Positions 8,886 through 18,809 of a stretch of 54,053 nt of DNA are shown here, in pieces; position 1 is the stretch's first letter; each line of letters begins with the position of its first letter. A model generated the notes under the pieces. The model made no database searches. It was not told the origin of the DNA and saw only the letters and a program-made list of their open reading frames with translations. Location: contig JBEKHN010000016.1 of the NCBI GenBank assembly GCA_050012255.1, positions 1-54,053 of the forward strand. Reading direction: 5' to 3'. This DNA comes from Candidatus Bathyarchaeia archaeon (GTDB lineage Archaea > Thermoproteota > Bathyarchaeia > Bathyarchaeales > Bathycorpusculaceae). The position numbers were made by a program, and so were the translations under genes.

Positions 8886-11276
8886 CTAGGTGTATTGGAG
8901 GTTTTGTATTCGGCTGTTGTAGGTGGTGGTTCCCCAGTAGAAGGTGGATGCTGTCCAGTTGTAGAGGCGGATGTAGGAGGCGAACGTGTAGTAGTACACC
9001 GTCCACGTTGCCGCTTGGAGGGTGGTGGCTTGAAGTTGTTCAGTTGTGAAGGTTGCGCACAGGTTCCAGCCTGACCCGCCGACTTGCACGTAGACGCGTA
9101 TGACCAAGGAGTCTGTCTGCTGCAGGGCTGTTTGGGCCACTGAGACCGTGTTGCTTTGTAGGCCCGAGCCACTGCTCCTCCCCACCAGGGCCTTCGGCGT
9201 TCCCGTTTGACCGTCAAGGCTTATCTCCTGTTCAACGCCGTTTGAGTGTCGGACCCAAGCTCTTATGCCCCAAGAGGCCCCGTGTCCGCTTCCGCCTTGC
9301 GTGACGTAGGCGCTGCTGGTTGACTCCGGAATGTTCAGGACGTAGGCGCCTAGGCCGTTGACGGTTTGGGTGTCGCTGCGCATGTACCGCCCGTAGTAGA
9401 CCGTTACGGAGCCGCTTGACACGCTACAGGCTATTGGCTCGGCCGTGCTGTTTCCCAGCTTGGCGTCTGTCAGTGTCAGAGAGGTGGTTCCCGGCTGCAA
9501 CGCTTGGAATGTCAGCGTTACTATTGTCATAGATCCGTTGAATGACGACGCCGGGTAAGTGGCGGTCTGACCTTGCCAGTAGCGAGAATATGTGGCGTTG
9601 TAGTTGGCTTCCAAGCCCGGACCAAAGGTCTGCGTATTGTTCTGCCACTCCGTCGGAGTTTGGACAACGACGTTCGTGCAGTTAAGCACATTACTGTTCC
9701 AGTAGAGCTTGAACTCCCATCCGAATAAGTCGGTAGCACTGGTGACTTCTACGTTCACCGAGAATACCTCGCCCTTGAACATGTTGATCTGGCTTGGGTC
9801 CACGAGGACAACAGAGGCTCCGGCGGTGGCGGCTAACATTCCGCCCTTAGACGACATACGGCCTGATAGTAGATCGTTTATGTTCCAATTGAAATGTGAC
9901 CCAAGTACGATTGCATCGTAGATATCGATTATCTGCAATCCCGTTACACTATCTGGACTGGTGATGAAATTGGCGTCGGGGTTGTATCCTGTCTGGTTTT
10001 CCAGTTTACCAAAAGAACCCGATAAGAGGCAAGCATCATATATGTCGACTATGCCGTCACCGTTAACGTCGCCTAACAGTACTTTGGCTTGAACCGTGTC
10101 GTTCGTGAGCTGGTTGTCCGAGGGGTTCATGTCGAAGACCGTGTCAATGAGCAGGTTTGCATAGCCGGTGATGCTGTAATTACCAGGGTTCAGGGTGTCC
10201 GTTTCGTTCCAAACAAAGGTGTGGTTATAACTCCCACCTAATCCTAGAATAGCGTCCGCCGTGCCTATGTTTCTGGTATCGCTTGCGTTGTTGACGTTTG
10301 TTCGGTTCAGGCCAACCTCAACGTTCAGCGCACCATCGTTATTGTCGGTTCGGCTTACTGTTACATTGTAGCTCATCGAAATGCTCTGACCGTCGTATCT
10401 CATCCCGTGATGATAGACTTGAAAAACAGAATAATGAGGCGGAACTGGATCGACACTGGTAACGCTTATACTGACTGGATATTGTGATGGGACGACGCCG
10501 GGATTCCATATGTATACAGAACCACCGTCTATTAAGACGTCTACTCCGATGGGCACGTATCCTGAGTCAAGTCTTTCCCACGTTGCAGCGTGGCTACTGC
10601 CGTCCAGACCCACCCAGTATTGCTCGTGGAAGTAGAAGTTGAAACTAGGCGTACCTCCAATCCCATCTGCATGGTTGACTTCCTCATAGTCTGTATAGTC
10701 AACATAAGCCGTATTGTTAATGAACCGAGTTAAGTTCAAGTAGTTTCCGCCAGTGGGCGCGTTTTGGGACCAGATCACTGTTCCGCCTTCGGAGAGAGTG
10801 AAAACTGCGGTGAGGTTTTGAACGGTGATGCTGACTGCATATGTAGACCCCATGGACAAGGTCATCTCGTTATGGTATAGTGTATCGTTCAGGGGATAAT
10901 ATGTAGCACCTCCCAAGGGACCGGTGGTCCACGAGTAAGTCAACCCCCATAGACCGTTGTAATAAGTATCAAATCCAATTTGATCGTAGCTACCGTTACT
11001 ATCATAAGCTGAAAGCAGTATACCGTAGTTTTCATCTGAATTTGGCGCGGAGCTGGGAATGGTAATGCTTGTGTTGATGCTCCTAGCTTGCTGGGTACCA
11101 AATGACGAAGGGCAATTGCTCCCGCATTCCCAATTGGTTGAAGTATCCCCTACTCTTGGTGGTGACCAATGTGAGAAACTCGGATCTGCACGAACATGAA
11201 CCATTAGTTGAGGCATAATAAGCGAGAATACAACGAGAAAGATAAAAACAACGATTTCTGGCCGCGTTTTCGTCAT
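8886..11276 (-). CDS. secreted multidomain protein: N-terminal beta domain, CARDB-like, dockerin, cohesin, C-terminal beta domain
   Basis: Signal peptide; GDVNGDGIVDIYD dockerin (~9890-10073); cohesin-like FSVNVEVTSATDLFGWEFKLYWNSNVL...NGSMTIVTLTFQA...GTTSLTL (~9395-9820). Confidence 0.85.
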   Translation of the reverse strand: MTKTRPEIVVFIFLVVFSLIMPQLMVHVRADPSFSHWSPPRVGDTSTNWECGSNCPSSFGTQQARSINTSITIPSSAPNSDENYGILLSAYDSNGSYDQIGFDTYYNGLWGLTYSWTTGPLGGATYYPLNDTLYHNEMTLSMGSTYAVSITVQNLTAVFTLSEGGTVIWSQNAPTGGNYLNLTRFINNTAYVDYTDYEEVNHADGIGGTPSFNFYFHEQYWVGLDGSSHAATWERLDSGYVPIGVDVLIDGGSVYIWNPGVVPSQYPVSISVTSVDPVPPHYSVFQVYHHGMRYDGQSISMSYNVTVSRTDNNDGALNVEVGLNRTNVNNASDTRNIGTADAILGLGGSYNHTFVWNETDTLNPGNYSITGYANLLIDTVFDMNPSDNQLTNDTVQAKVLLGDVNGDGIVDIYDACLLSGSFGKLENQTGYNPDANFITSPDSVTGLQIIDIYDAIVLGSHFNWNINDLLSGRMSSKGGMLAATAGASVVLVDPSQINMFKGEVFSVNVEVTSATDLFGWEFKLYWNSNVLNCTNVVVQTPTEWQNNTQTFGPGLEANYNATYSRYWQGQTATYPASSFNGSMTIVTLTFQALQPGTTSLTLTDAKLGNSTAEPIACSVSSGSVTVYYGRYMRSDTQTVNGLGAYVLNIPESTSSAYVTQGGSGHGASWGIRAWVRHSNGVEQEISLDGQTGTPKALVGRSSGSGLQSNTVSVAQTALQQTDSLVIRVYVQVGGSGWNLCATFTTEQLQATTLQAATWTVYYYTFASYIRLYNWTASTFYWGTTTYNSRIQNLQYT

Positions 11277-11597
11277 AATTTCATCCTCTTTTAACGGCCC
11301 ATCTTTTCTTGCTTTCTAATACGAAAGCAAGTCAAATATATTTCTTTCGACTCACGCAGGCGAGTGGAACCCAATCCATTGCGAGGCTCTTTGCTCTTTA
11401 GAAGCCGCTCTGAAAAGACCTATCTGAGACCTTTGGGCTAGACTAAGGTACCTATGCGCGAATCTTAGCGCTGTGAGTTCTCGTCGAAAGCTCTGAATTA
11501 GATGTTTCAGCACATCATTCTCTGGATCTTTGGGAAATGTGCCATCTCGGGATTGGATTTTCAAGAACCAAGAGTCAAGCTTCTCTTTTTCGCATAC

Positions 11598-12362
11598 TCA
11601 CCAAGCAGTCCCGTGGCCATTGAAAGCGAGAATTAGCTCTGCGAAGCCTCCGGCTACCACCTTAGCAGTTGCGTTCTGCAAGGGGGCAGAGCCGTACGCG
11701 CCAACGACAGAGTAGACTCCAGGCGTTACTGTGAAGACTGAGCGACCATTATCATTAGTGCGGGTTGTACCGTTAAGAGATTCTGGGCCTGTTATCGTTA
11801 CCGAAGCCCGTACAAAGCTTCCCCCGCTCTCACCCCAGTACCATGCAGAGAGGATTATGTGGCCCAGAGGTGGCGGTGAAGAAGAACCGAAGTTGAGGAT
11901 CACTTCACCGTAGGTACCCGAATATGTTGCGTTTATGATTGCGGTCCTTGGAGTAGAAGAGGCGTACGTGCCAACCACATGGTACACTCCTGGCCACAGT
12001 CGAAACGCTAAGGGATTCTGCAGGTCTGTGCTTGTAGTGCCGTTTAGTGTCGTAGCATTGATCGATATAACATCAGCAAATCGAGGATTGGGAGGATCTG
12101 GTCCGGTTATCGTTACCGAAGCCTGTACAAAGCCGTCATCTTGGTATGCGAAAACGTATATGTAGGCTGCAGCAGATATCTCAAGATGACCGAGCCCCGG
12201 AGGATTAGGAGATTGTATAACAGGAAACGTAGTTTCTATCTGTACGGAGTCCTTAGGTTTGAACTCGTTATCTAAAGCAAAAGCTAGGCTGACAACTAGT
12301 AGCACGGTGAGCGCTGCAATCAGCAGCAGCTTCCTAAATGTCAGGTTCAACCTGCTCACCAT
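11598..12362 (-). CDS. membrane-anchored/secreted protein with two internal beta-sandwich repeats
   Basis: N-terminal hydrophobic helix; repeat LGH..SA...V.ASVTITGP...LNGTT...PGVY.VVG.Y.S twice. Confidence 0.75.
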   Translation of the reverse strand: MVSRLNLTFRKLLLIAALTVLLVVSLAFALDNEFKPKDSVQIETTFPVIQSPNPPGLGHLEISAAAYIYVFAYQDDGFVQASVTITGPDPPNPRFADVISINATTLNGTTSTDLQNPLAFRLWPGVYHVVGTYASSTPRTAIINATYSGTYGEVILNFGSSSPPPLGHIILSAWYWGESGGSFVRASVTITGPESLNGTTRTNDNGRSVFTVTPGVYSVVGAYGSAPLQNATAKVVAGGFAELILAFNGHGTAW

Positions 12363-12419
12363 AGTGGTATGTATTAAAAGAAGTAATTAAGTCTGACTAT
12401 TGAACGGGTTTGTTCTAGT

Positions 12420-12861
12420 TCTTGAAGGCTAGCGCACAGCCTTGGAAAAAGAACAGTGCCAACCAGACTTGTTGTCGAGCCCATAGCAGACAACATTATG
12501 CCTACCTCCCGCTACCAGATGGAAGCAGAAAAGCTGAAGTAACGAGAACAGCTGCGTGCAGTACTACGTGAAAGAAGTTCGTTGGCAACAGCCACTTTCT
12601 GGTCTGTAGAAAGGGCCAAGAACCTCTAAACCTAAAGCAATAACGTGGTAAACGCCGTTCTCATCCTTCCTTGCAAGGCGCAAGCCCTCGAGTTTCCTTC
12701 AGGTGATGCAGGGCCAAGGAGGGACTGGACAGGCCGCAGCCGCGGTAGACATCTCTCACGGAGGCATCACCAGCCTTAAGCAGGAAAACGTAAACCCTCA
12801 GAGTGAGATACTCGCCACCAACACTCTCTTCTAAAGCCTCCTCAGGAGCTACGTCAACCAA
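12420..12861 (-). pseudogene. frameshifted paralog of the wHTH-TM regulator at 2495-2941
   Basis: LTLRVYVFLLK...SVRDVYRGCGLSSPSLALHHL | KLEGLRLARKDENGVYHV | RKWLLPTNFFHVVL read across successive frameshifts; 3' end approximate. Confidence 0.75.
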
Positions 12862-13004
12862 GACAGAACACGACCAACCACAATTTAGTACATGACATCT
12901 AAAAAGCCTTTCACATCCCCCAACTTCAGCATAGGTTTCTTCCATTCACATGTTTTTCAGACCAGCAAACGCGCGCGTTGAAGGTTGTCTAGACTGGGAT
13001 TTGA

Positions 13005-13027
13005 TTGTGGCCCGAGAGAGATTCGAA
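13005..13027 (-). other. tRNA 3'-end-like fragment
   Basis: Minus strand TTCGAAT-CTCTC-TCGGGCC-A-CAA has T-loop/T-stem/acceptor/discriminator spacing; no 5' half. Confidence 0.4.
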
Positions 13028-13227
13028 TTTGTCAAATAGCCTGCTAGGCAGATTTGCCGGTAAGATCGTGCTCCGATCTGAGCCTAAGCGCCACACTATA
13101 GGTCTAGGTTTCTAAATGACATATTCCTGATTTTCATGTTGCCAAGTTCAGTGTCCGCGTGAAGAGATCATCGGGCGCATCGGTTTTTAAGTCTGCTTTG
13201 CTTCTTAGTGGAGAATAAAAACTGTAC

Positions 13228-14487
13228 GTGCGTGAAGCCGCCGTGGAAAGGAAGGAAACCTCTGAGGAGAAGAAGGCCGAGTCGGACCTGAAGCCTCTGT
13301 ACGCAAGGTCGGTTGTTAATTCTGTAAGCGGCGGAATGGTGAACCCTTTTATGGGTGCTTACGCCGTGGACCTCGGCGCTTCGTCCTCGGACATGGGTTG
13401 GTTTCAATCCTCCACTAACATCTCGAACAATCTGATGCAGGTTTTCTGGGGAATAATGAGCGATAGAAGCAAACGCAGAGTGCCCTTTATCGTCTTCGGC
13501 GGACTGATCCTGTCATTCCTGTGGGTTCCCATGATATTCGTGACGAACGCAGGTCAACTCATCGTGCTTTTGGCAATCCAAGCGCTCTTAGGTTCGATGG
13601 CAACCCCAGCGTGGACGGCTCTGATAGGAGACCTGGTTCCGCATCTTAGACTGGGAAAGGAAAACGCGTCCATCAACTATTGGGCTTCAATAGGGGGGAC
13701 AGTTGCCACTCTGGCCTCAGGCATCTTCATGATATATCTCCACGGAACAATCCAACAAGTCCTTCTCGTTCCACTTGTTGTTGCCACAATCTTCGGAGTA
13801 GCATCATCATTAGTCATGCTGAAAATAAAGGAGAAAGGCAACGGTGCCAGATTGGACTTGAAACGAAACGTGACCACGGACGTGTTCGACGTTTTGAAGT
13901 CTGCCAGGAAGACACCCAGCTTCGTAAGGTACTGTTACGCAGAAGGAGTGTTCAACTTTTCCATGTCCATCGCTTGGCCACTCTTCTCGATTACTCAGAT
14001 CAGAATCTTGAACGCTTCCTGGCTTCAAATAGCCCTGCTGAGCGTGGTTCAAACAGTCATAACCATAATCTTCCAAGGCTGGGCTGGACGACTTGCAGAC
14101 ACTGTTGGAAGAAAGCCATTGATGGTGTTCTTCAGGTTCAGCCTCGTAACCGTGCCTCTAGCGTACGCACTGTTTCCAAGTGTCAACTCACTCATAATCG
14201 TAGGCGCCTTCTGGGGCTTCTCCCAAGCTCTGGGATCAGCATCGATAACAGCCTATCTGATTGATGTCTCCCCGCAAGAATCTCGCGGAAGCTTCACAGC
14301 AGTATTCAACCTCATCATGGGCATAGTGACTTTTTTCGGCTCGCTCATCGGGGGATACTTATCGGACTACATGACGGGCTTGTTCGGCTTGGTTGCAGGG
14401 CTGCAGATCGTTTATTTCATCTCAACTGTGGGCAGAGGGATAGGTGCCGCGCTATACTTCAAACTCGAAGAAACCTTGCGACGATGA
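13228..14487 (+). CDS. MFS transporter
   Basis: GIMSDRSKRR and GRLADTVGRKP motif A; ~12 TM. Confidence 0.92.
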   Translation: MREAAVERKETSEEKKAESDLKPLYARSVVNSVSGGMVNPFMGAYAVDLGASSSDMGWFQSSTNISNNLMQVFWGIMSDRSKRRVPFIVFGGLILSFLWVPMIFVTNAGQLIVLLAIQALLGSMATPAWTALIGDLVPHLRLGKENASINYWASIGGTVATLASGIFMIYLHGTIQQVLLVPLVVATIFGVASSLVMLKIKEKGNGARLDLKRNVTTDVFDVLKSARKTPSFVRYCYAEGVFNFSMSIAWPLFSITQIRILNASWLQIALLSVVQTVITIIFQGWAGRLADTVGRKPLMVFFRFSLVTVPLAYALFPSVNSLIIVGAFWGFSQALGSASITAYLIDVSPQESRGSFTAVFNLIMGIVTFFGSLIGGYLSDYMTGLFGLVAGLQIVYFISTVGRGIGAALYFKLEETLRR

Positions 14488-14548
14488 AAGCTATGCCTTG
14501 AAATGTTGGTACCCCATTGATTGAATGATGTGCGCGCGCCCACATGAT

Positions 14549-14671
14549 TCCAAGCCTGGCTGGAGCATCACTAAACGCAGGGATTCTGCAGACTTATTTC
14601 GGTCATGAAAGCATGGTTTGAGCCTTTACGAAAGCATGGCTAAAATTGGAGCGCGAATTTTCCGGCAAAAA
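14549..14671 (+). repeat. right copy of degenerate repeat (decayed tRNA-Glu 3' end + flank)
   Basis: TCCAAG-CCTGGCTGGAGCATCACT vs TCCAAATCCCGGCCGGAGCACCACT; shared GAAAGCATGG.TAA.ATTGGAGCGCGA. Confidence 0.8.
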
Positions 14672-14713
14672 GTGTGGACACGATGCTCCAATGATTTGAC
14701 TTGTGACGAACGA

Positions 14714-17458
14714 CTAGTCGATCTTGTAGTTTGCTTTCCCTTTTTCATTTATGGCAGGCATGGTTATGAGGAATCGGACTCCTTCGCCGGGTTGACCTGT
14801 TTCCTGTACTGCCCAGCCATAGACTTCCATCATTTTCCTGGTGAGATACAGGCCGTAACCGGTGCCTTTTCCGATTCCTTCCTTGAAAAGGTCGAGTTTC
14901 TCATCAAGAGTTATGCCCACGCCGTCATCTTCATAAACGAGTCTAAGTTGGTCTTCGCTTTTCTCGTAACAAATTCTGATTCGGGTAATCTTCTTCCCGT
15001 ACTTCAATGAATTATCGACAAGATTGTAGAAAAGCTCTCTTAAGAGAGAGTCAGCCAGAAGCTGTAAACCATGACACTCGTTCGTCACTTTTACGCCGTG
15101 CAGGTCGGAAAAGAGCGAAACAGCCTCGTTAATGGTTTTCTCTACACCTACGTACACTAACTCTTCAGCACCCAACATCTCGTAAGCTCTTGCAAAATCG
15201 AAAATCCTCACCGCTTGCTGAACAGCTGTTTCTATCCCCGCGAGATATTCCAGGACTTCACTGTTTGCAGGCAGCTTCTTCTTCGCCAAGTAGGCGTTCC
15301 CCACAACTGCGGAGAGCTTGTTTCGAACATCATGCCGACTCAACCTGCCGACAACGCGCAGTTTTTCGTTCATCGTTTCCAGCCTTTTCAGCGTCTCTCT
15401 CAACCCTTCCTCCGCCTTCTTCAGCTGAGAAATGTCCTTGTAAACCGCTGTGTGGCTTATGACTTGACCTTCAACGACTATGGGAGCCGTCGAAAAGGCA
15501 ACCGGAATCAGAGTCCCATCTTTCCTTTTTCTAACGGTGTCCTCATGATACGTCTCTCCCTTACTAGCCCTTTCGTCGAACATTCTGGCCTGTTCCATTC
15601 TGTCCATTGGCACTATCGTGTCGTTGACGTGTTTGCCCCTGACCTCGGCTAGAGAATACCCGAAGAGCTTGGTGAAACGCGGATTGATCTCTAAGATGTG
15701 AAAGCTTGAATCCATATAGACCATTGCCTCAGGATTGTCCATGAACAGTTTCTCAAACTTCTGTTGACTCTCCCGAATTTCCTGCGCGTAGGCTTCCAGA
15801 TTCTTAGAATATTCCAGTTTGATCATTGCAGTGGCAGCGTGCGACGCCAAGATTTCAAGGAGTTCCTGATCTTTTTCGTTGAAAGCATTCCATTCATTGC
15901 TTTCCACGTTTAGAACTCCAAGAACTTCGTTCCCAACCTTTATGGGCACGGCGAGTTCTGAGTGAATGTTTTCTCCGAATTTGACATAAGCCTCCTCTTC
16001 ACTGGTATCTCGAACGAGAATAGTCTCACCTGTCTTTGCCACTTTAACCGTCACACCTCTGTCCCCATCCATTGGCAGGGTGACTGTGAAGTCCTTGGAG
16101 CGTCCTCGATTTTCCACTAGGCGGAGATTTTTTCCTTCTATTACGAGAAAGTCGGCGAATTTGAATCCCAGAGTTTTCTGTGCAGCGTCTAGGGCCAGCT
16201 CGCAGATTTCTTGCACGCTGTTTGCCATGTTTAGACTCTGACTGTAGTTGTTCAAAGCTGAAAGGCTTCTTTCATAATGTTTCCTTTCTGTAATGTCCCT
16301 GTACAACCCCACAGTTCCGATTGTTTTGTCTTCAAACGTGATGGGAGCAACGGAAATCGACACCGGAACCAGGGATCCGTCTTTCCTCTTTCTAACGGTT
16401 TCGTGATAAAGACATCCTTCTAAGGACGCTCTGTCCAGCATTTCTGCCTCTTCAATCTTATCGTTCTGCACTACAACATCGTTAACGTTTTTTCCCTTAA
16501 CCTCATCTAATGAGTAACCAAAGAGATCCGTGAATCGCGGGTTGATGTCTGAAATGCAGGAATTTGGGTCTGTGTAAACAGCCGCTTCAGGACTATCCAT
16601 GAACAGTTGTTTGAACTTCTCCTGGTTCTCCCGCAACGCTCGTTCGACTTTTTTGCGTTCGGTGATGTCGACGAAGCTTTCCACCATATACTTGTGGCCT
16701 TTCCAGGTCATCGTCACAACAGTCTTAAGAATCGGAATTCTCCCGCCGTCAGCTCTTAACAACACGCGTTCTGACTTGTCTAACGCCTGACCCAAATCAG
16801 TAATTGGACATTCTCCCTTTTCAGCTGGACAGACAAAGTTGTGGCACACTCTTCCGATGACATCCTCCCTCGAAGCGCCTATCGCTTCCAGTGCATTGGA
16901 ATTCACGTCCATGATCTCATGCGTCTCTGCATCTATGACTAGAACCCCTGTGAAGATGGAAGACAGTATTGCTTTCAAATAGTCTTCACTCGCTCGCAGC
17001 GCCTCCTCTCTTTTTCTGCCCTGAACGACTTGGAATACGCTGTGCGCCAGTTCACCGTACACTGTTTCTGGATCGCCTACTTTGTCGAAATATCGGTCTG
17101 CGCCAAGGTTCAACGCCTTGATCGCAACTTCCTCTCTGCCTTGCCCAGTGAAAATGATGAATGGAATGTCGTTTCCAGCGTCCCGCAGGTCTTTCAGAAA
17201 CTCGAGACCGTCTTTCCTCGGCATCGCGTAGTCGCAAATGACCACGTCGTACCTCTCGTTCTTCATTTTTTCGACAGCTGCATCAACAGATAATGCAGTG
17301 TCCACCCGAAGTTTGCCCTGCAGCTCCAGACACTCCTTGGCGACCTTCAAACAGCAAGAATCATCGTCCACATGTAAAACATGCACGCGCTTCGCATCAG
17401 TCAGATTCAGGAGTACTCCAGTTGAATCAACTTTCTGTTGGATAGTTGGCTCCGTCAT
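14714..17458 (-). CDS. hybrid sensor histidine kinase (REC-PAS-PAS-GAF-PAS-HisKA-HATPase)
   Basis: VLHVDDD/CDYAMP receiver, PAS repeats, RHDVRNKL, NLVDNSLKYG, DDGVG, GTGYGL; start uncertain (17458 or 17482). Confidence 0.92.
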   Translation of the reverse strand: MTEPTIQQKVDSTGVLLNLTDAKRVHVLHVDDDSCCLKVAKECLELQGKLRVDTALSVDAAVEKMKNERYDVVICDYAMPRKDGLEFLKDLRDAGNDIPFIIFTGQGREEVAIKALNLGADRYFDKVGDPETVYGELAHSVFQVVQGRKREEALRASEDYLKAILSSIFTGVLVIDAETHEIMDVNSNALEAIGASREDVIGRVCHNFVCPAEKGECPITDLGQALDKSERVLLRADGGRIPILKTVVTMTWKGHKYMVESFVDITERKKVERALRENQEKFKQLFMDSPEAAVYTDPNSCISDINPRFTDLFGYSLDEVKGKNVNDVVVQNDKIEEAEMLDRASLEGCLYHETVRKRKDGSLVPVSISVAPITFEDKTIGTVGLYRDITERKHYERSLSALNNYSQSLNMANSVQEICELALDAAQKTLGFKFADFLVIEGKNLRLVENRGRSKDFTVTLPMDGDRGVTVKVAKTGETILVRDTSEEEAYVKFGENIHSELAVPIKVGNEVLGVLNVESNEWNAFNEKDQELLEILASHAATAMIKLEYSKNLEAYAQEIRESQQKFEKLFMDNPEAMVYMDSSFHILEINPRFTKLFGYSLAEVRGKHVNDTIVPMDRMEQARMFDERASKGETYHEDTVRKRKDGTLIPVAFSTAPIVVEGQVISHTAVYKDISQLKKAEEGLRETLKRLETMNEKLRVVGRLSRHDVRNKLSAVVGNAYLAKKKLPANSEVLEYLAGIETAVQQAVRIFDFARAYEMLGAEELVYVGVEKTINEAVSLFSDLHGVKVTNECHGLQLLADSLLRELFYNLVDNSLKYGKKITRIRICYEKSEDQLRLVYEDDGVGITLDEKLDLFKEGIGKGTGYGLYLTRKMMEVYGWAVQETGQPGEGVRFLITMPAINEKGKANYKID

Positions 17459-17747
17459 CAGCACCGATTTTCCTATTCGCATACATAAGGAATATCGAAC
17501 ACGTTTCTTAGGAAACACGTTGCATAAGACAGTTGTGAATACAGAATCAATAATTGAAAGAAAGACGATTGGCGACTCATCTGATACTTTGCTGCAACTC
17601 TTCTGAATGAAAAGCAAGCGATGAATCGAGAAGACTAGGCCGCGCTAGGTTGCGGATGAATCGTATGTCTTAATCTTCCCTTTCACACTCGTGAGAAAAC
17701 TTTAATTCTCTGACGGTTTTTTGTGATAAAGAAACAGAGGAAGAATA

Positions 17748-18809
17748 TTGGCCGGACTTGGTCAACTGAAGCTTGCAATGGGAACAAGCATATTTTTGGT
17801 GGCCTTCATTTTCGCCACGTTCCTAGCAGCAATAATGTTTATCGTCCAATTGTTCGTCGCGGACATAGGTCTATCCATTTGGCTAATCCTCATTTTGGCT
17901 CTTCCAATCGTTTTCATCCTGTTTCAGTACCTCATCGGACCAGCTCTTGTCAGAATGTCAACCCACCTGCAATACTTGAAGCCTGGTGAAAACCCTTGGC
18001 TTGAATCCACAGTAAAGGAACTGGCAGACAAGAGCAGAATACCGATGCCGAAACTCGCCGTAGTGCCCGACAAAACGCCCAACGCGTTTGTGTTCGGAAG
18101 AACATCGAGCAGCGCAACCCTCGCGGTCCACGAAGGACTACTTAAAGACCTGAACGAAAACGAGGTTAAAGGCGTAATCGGACACGAACTAGGACACTTG
18201 AAACACAAGGATTACATCGTCATGACGGTGCTTTCAGCACTGCCGCTAGTCGCCTATCTTATCGCAAGAGGAACAACAGAAGCAGCGTTGATATCAGGAA
18301 GGTCAAGACAAAAAAACGAAGGCGACGTAGGAGCAGCTTTGATCGTAGTCGGAATCCTTTCCTACGTAGTCTACATAGTCTCACTGCTCTGCGTAATGAG
18401 ACTTAGCAGACTGCGAGAACACTACGCAGACGCCTACTCAGCCTACGTGACAAAGGCACCTAGAAACCTTGAAAGCGCCCTGACGAAGATCACGTACGGA
18501 CTCTCACTTTCACCAAAAGCACCGTCCGGCGTAAGAGCCTTCTACATAAGTGACCCCTCGCTGGCCAAACAAGAGATGCAGGAGATAGCGGACAAGAAAG
18601 AAGAGTACGACCTGGACCATGACGGAGTCTTGGACGAAAAAGAATTGGAACTTGCAATGGAAAAAGAAGCGAAATCCACTTGGAGGACAATAAACAGCTG
18701 GTTCTCAACGCATCCGCCAACCTTCAGGCGGATAATGCTGCTACGCGAAATAGACGAAGAGATGCAAAGCGGAAAATACACAGCTGACCACATCTACATG
18801 CACGTCTAG
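17748..18809 (+). CDS. htpX: zinc metalloprotease HtpX (M48)
   Basis: PNAFVFG, HELGHL, SRLREHYAD, STHPP. Confidence 0.92.
   Translation: MAGLGQLKLAMGTSIFLVAFIFATFLAAIMFIVQLFVADIGLSIWLILILALPIVFILFQYLIGPALVRMSTHLQYLKPGENPWLESTVKELADKSRIPMPKLAVVPDKTPNAFVFGRTSSSATLAVHEGLLKDLNENEVKGVIGHELGHLKHKDYIVMTVLSALPLVAYLIARGTTEAALISGRSRQKNEGDVGAALIVVGILSYVVYIVSLLCVMRLSRLREHYADAYSAYVTKAPRNLESALTKITYGLSLSPKAPSGVRAFYISDPSLAKQEMQEIADKKEEYDLDHDGVLDEKELELAMEKEAKSTWRTINSWFSTHPPTFRRIMLLREIDEEMQSGKYTADHIYMHV

Larger units (their letters stand above)
8608..14671. mobile_element. tRNA-Glu-associated genomic islet (no integrase)
   Basis: Bounded by tRNA-Glu and a decayed copy of its 3' end; accessory cargo and a pseudogene. 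Confidence 0.65.

Noticed and set aside
17459-17617. N-terminal extension of the histidine kinase as given in the track
   Set aside because: Looks like non-coding upstream sequence; the receiver domain starts well after the internal Met codons
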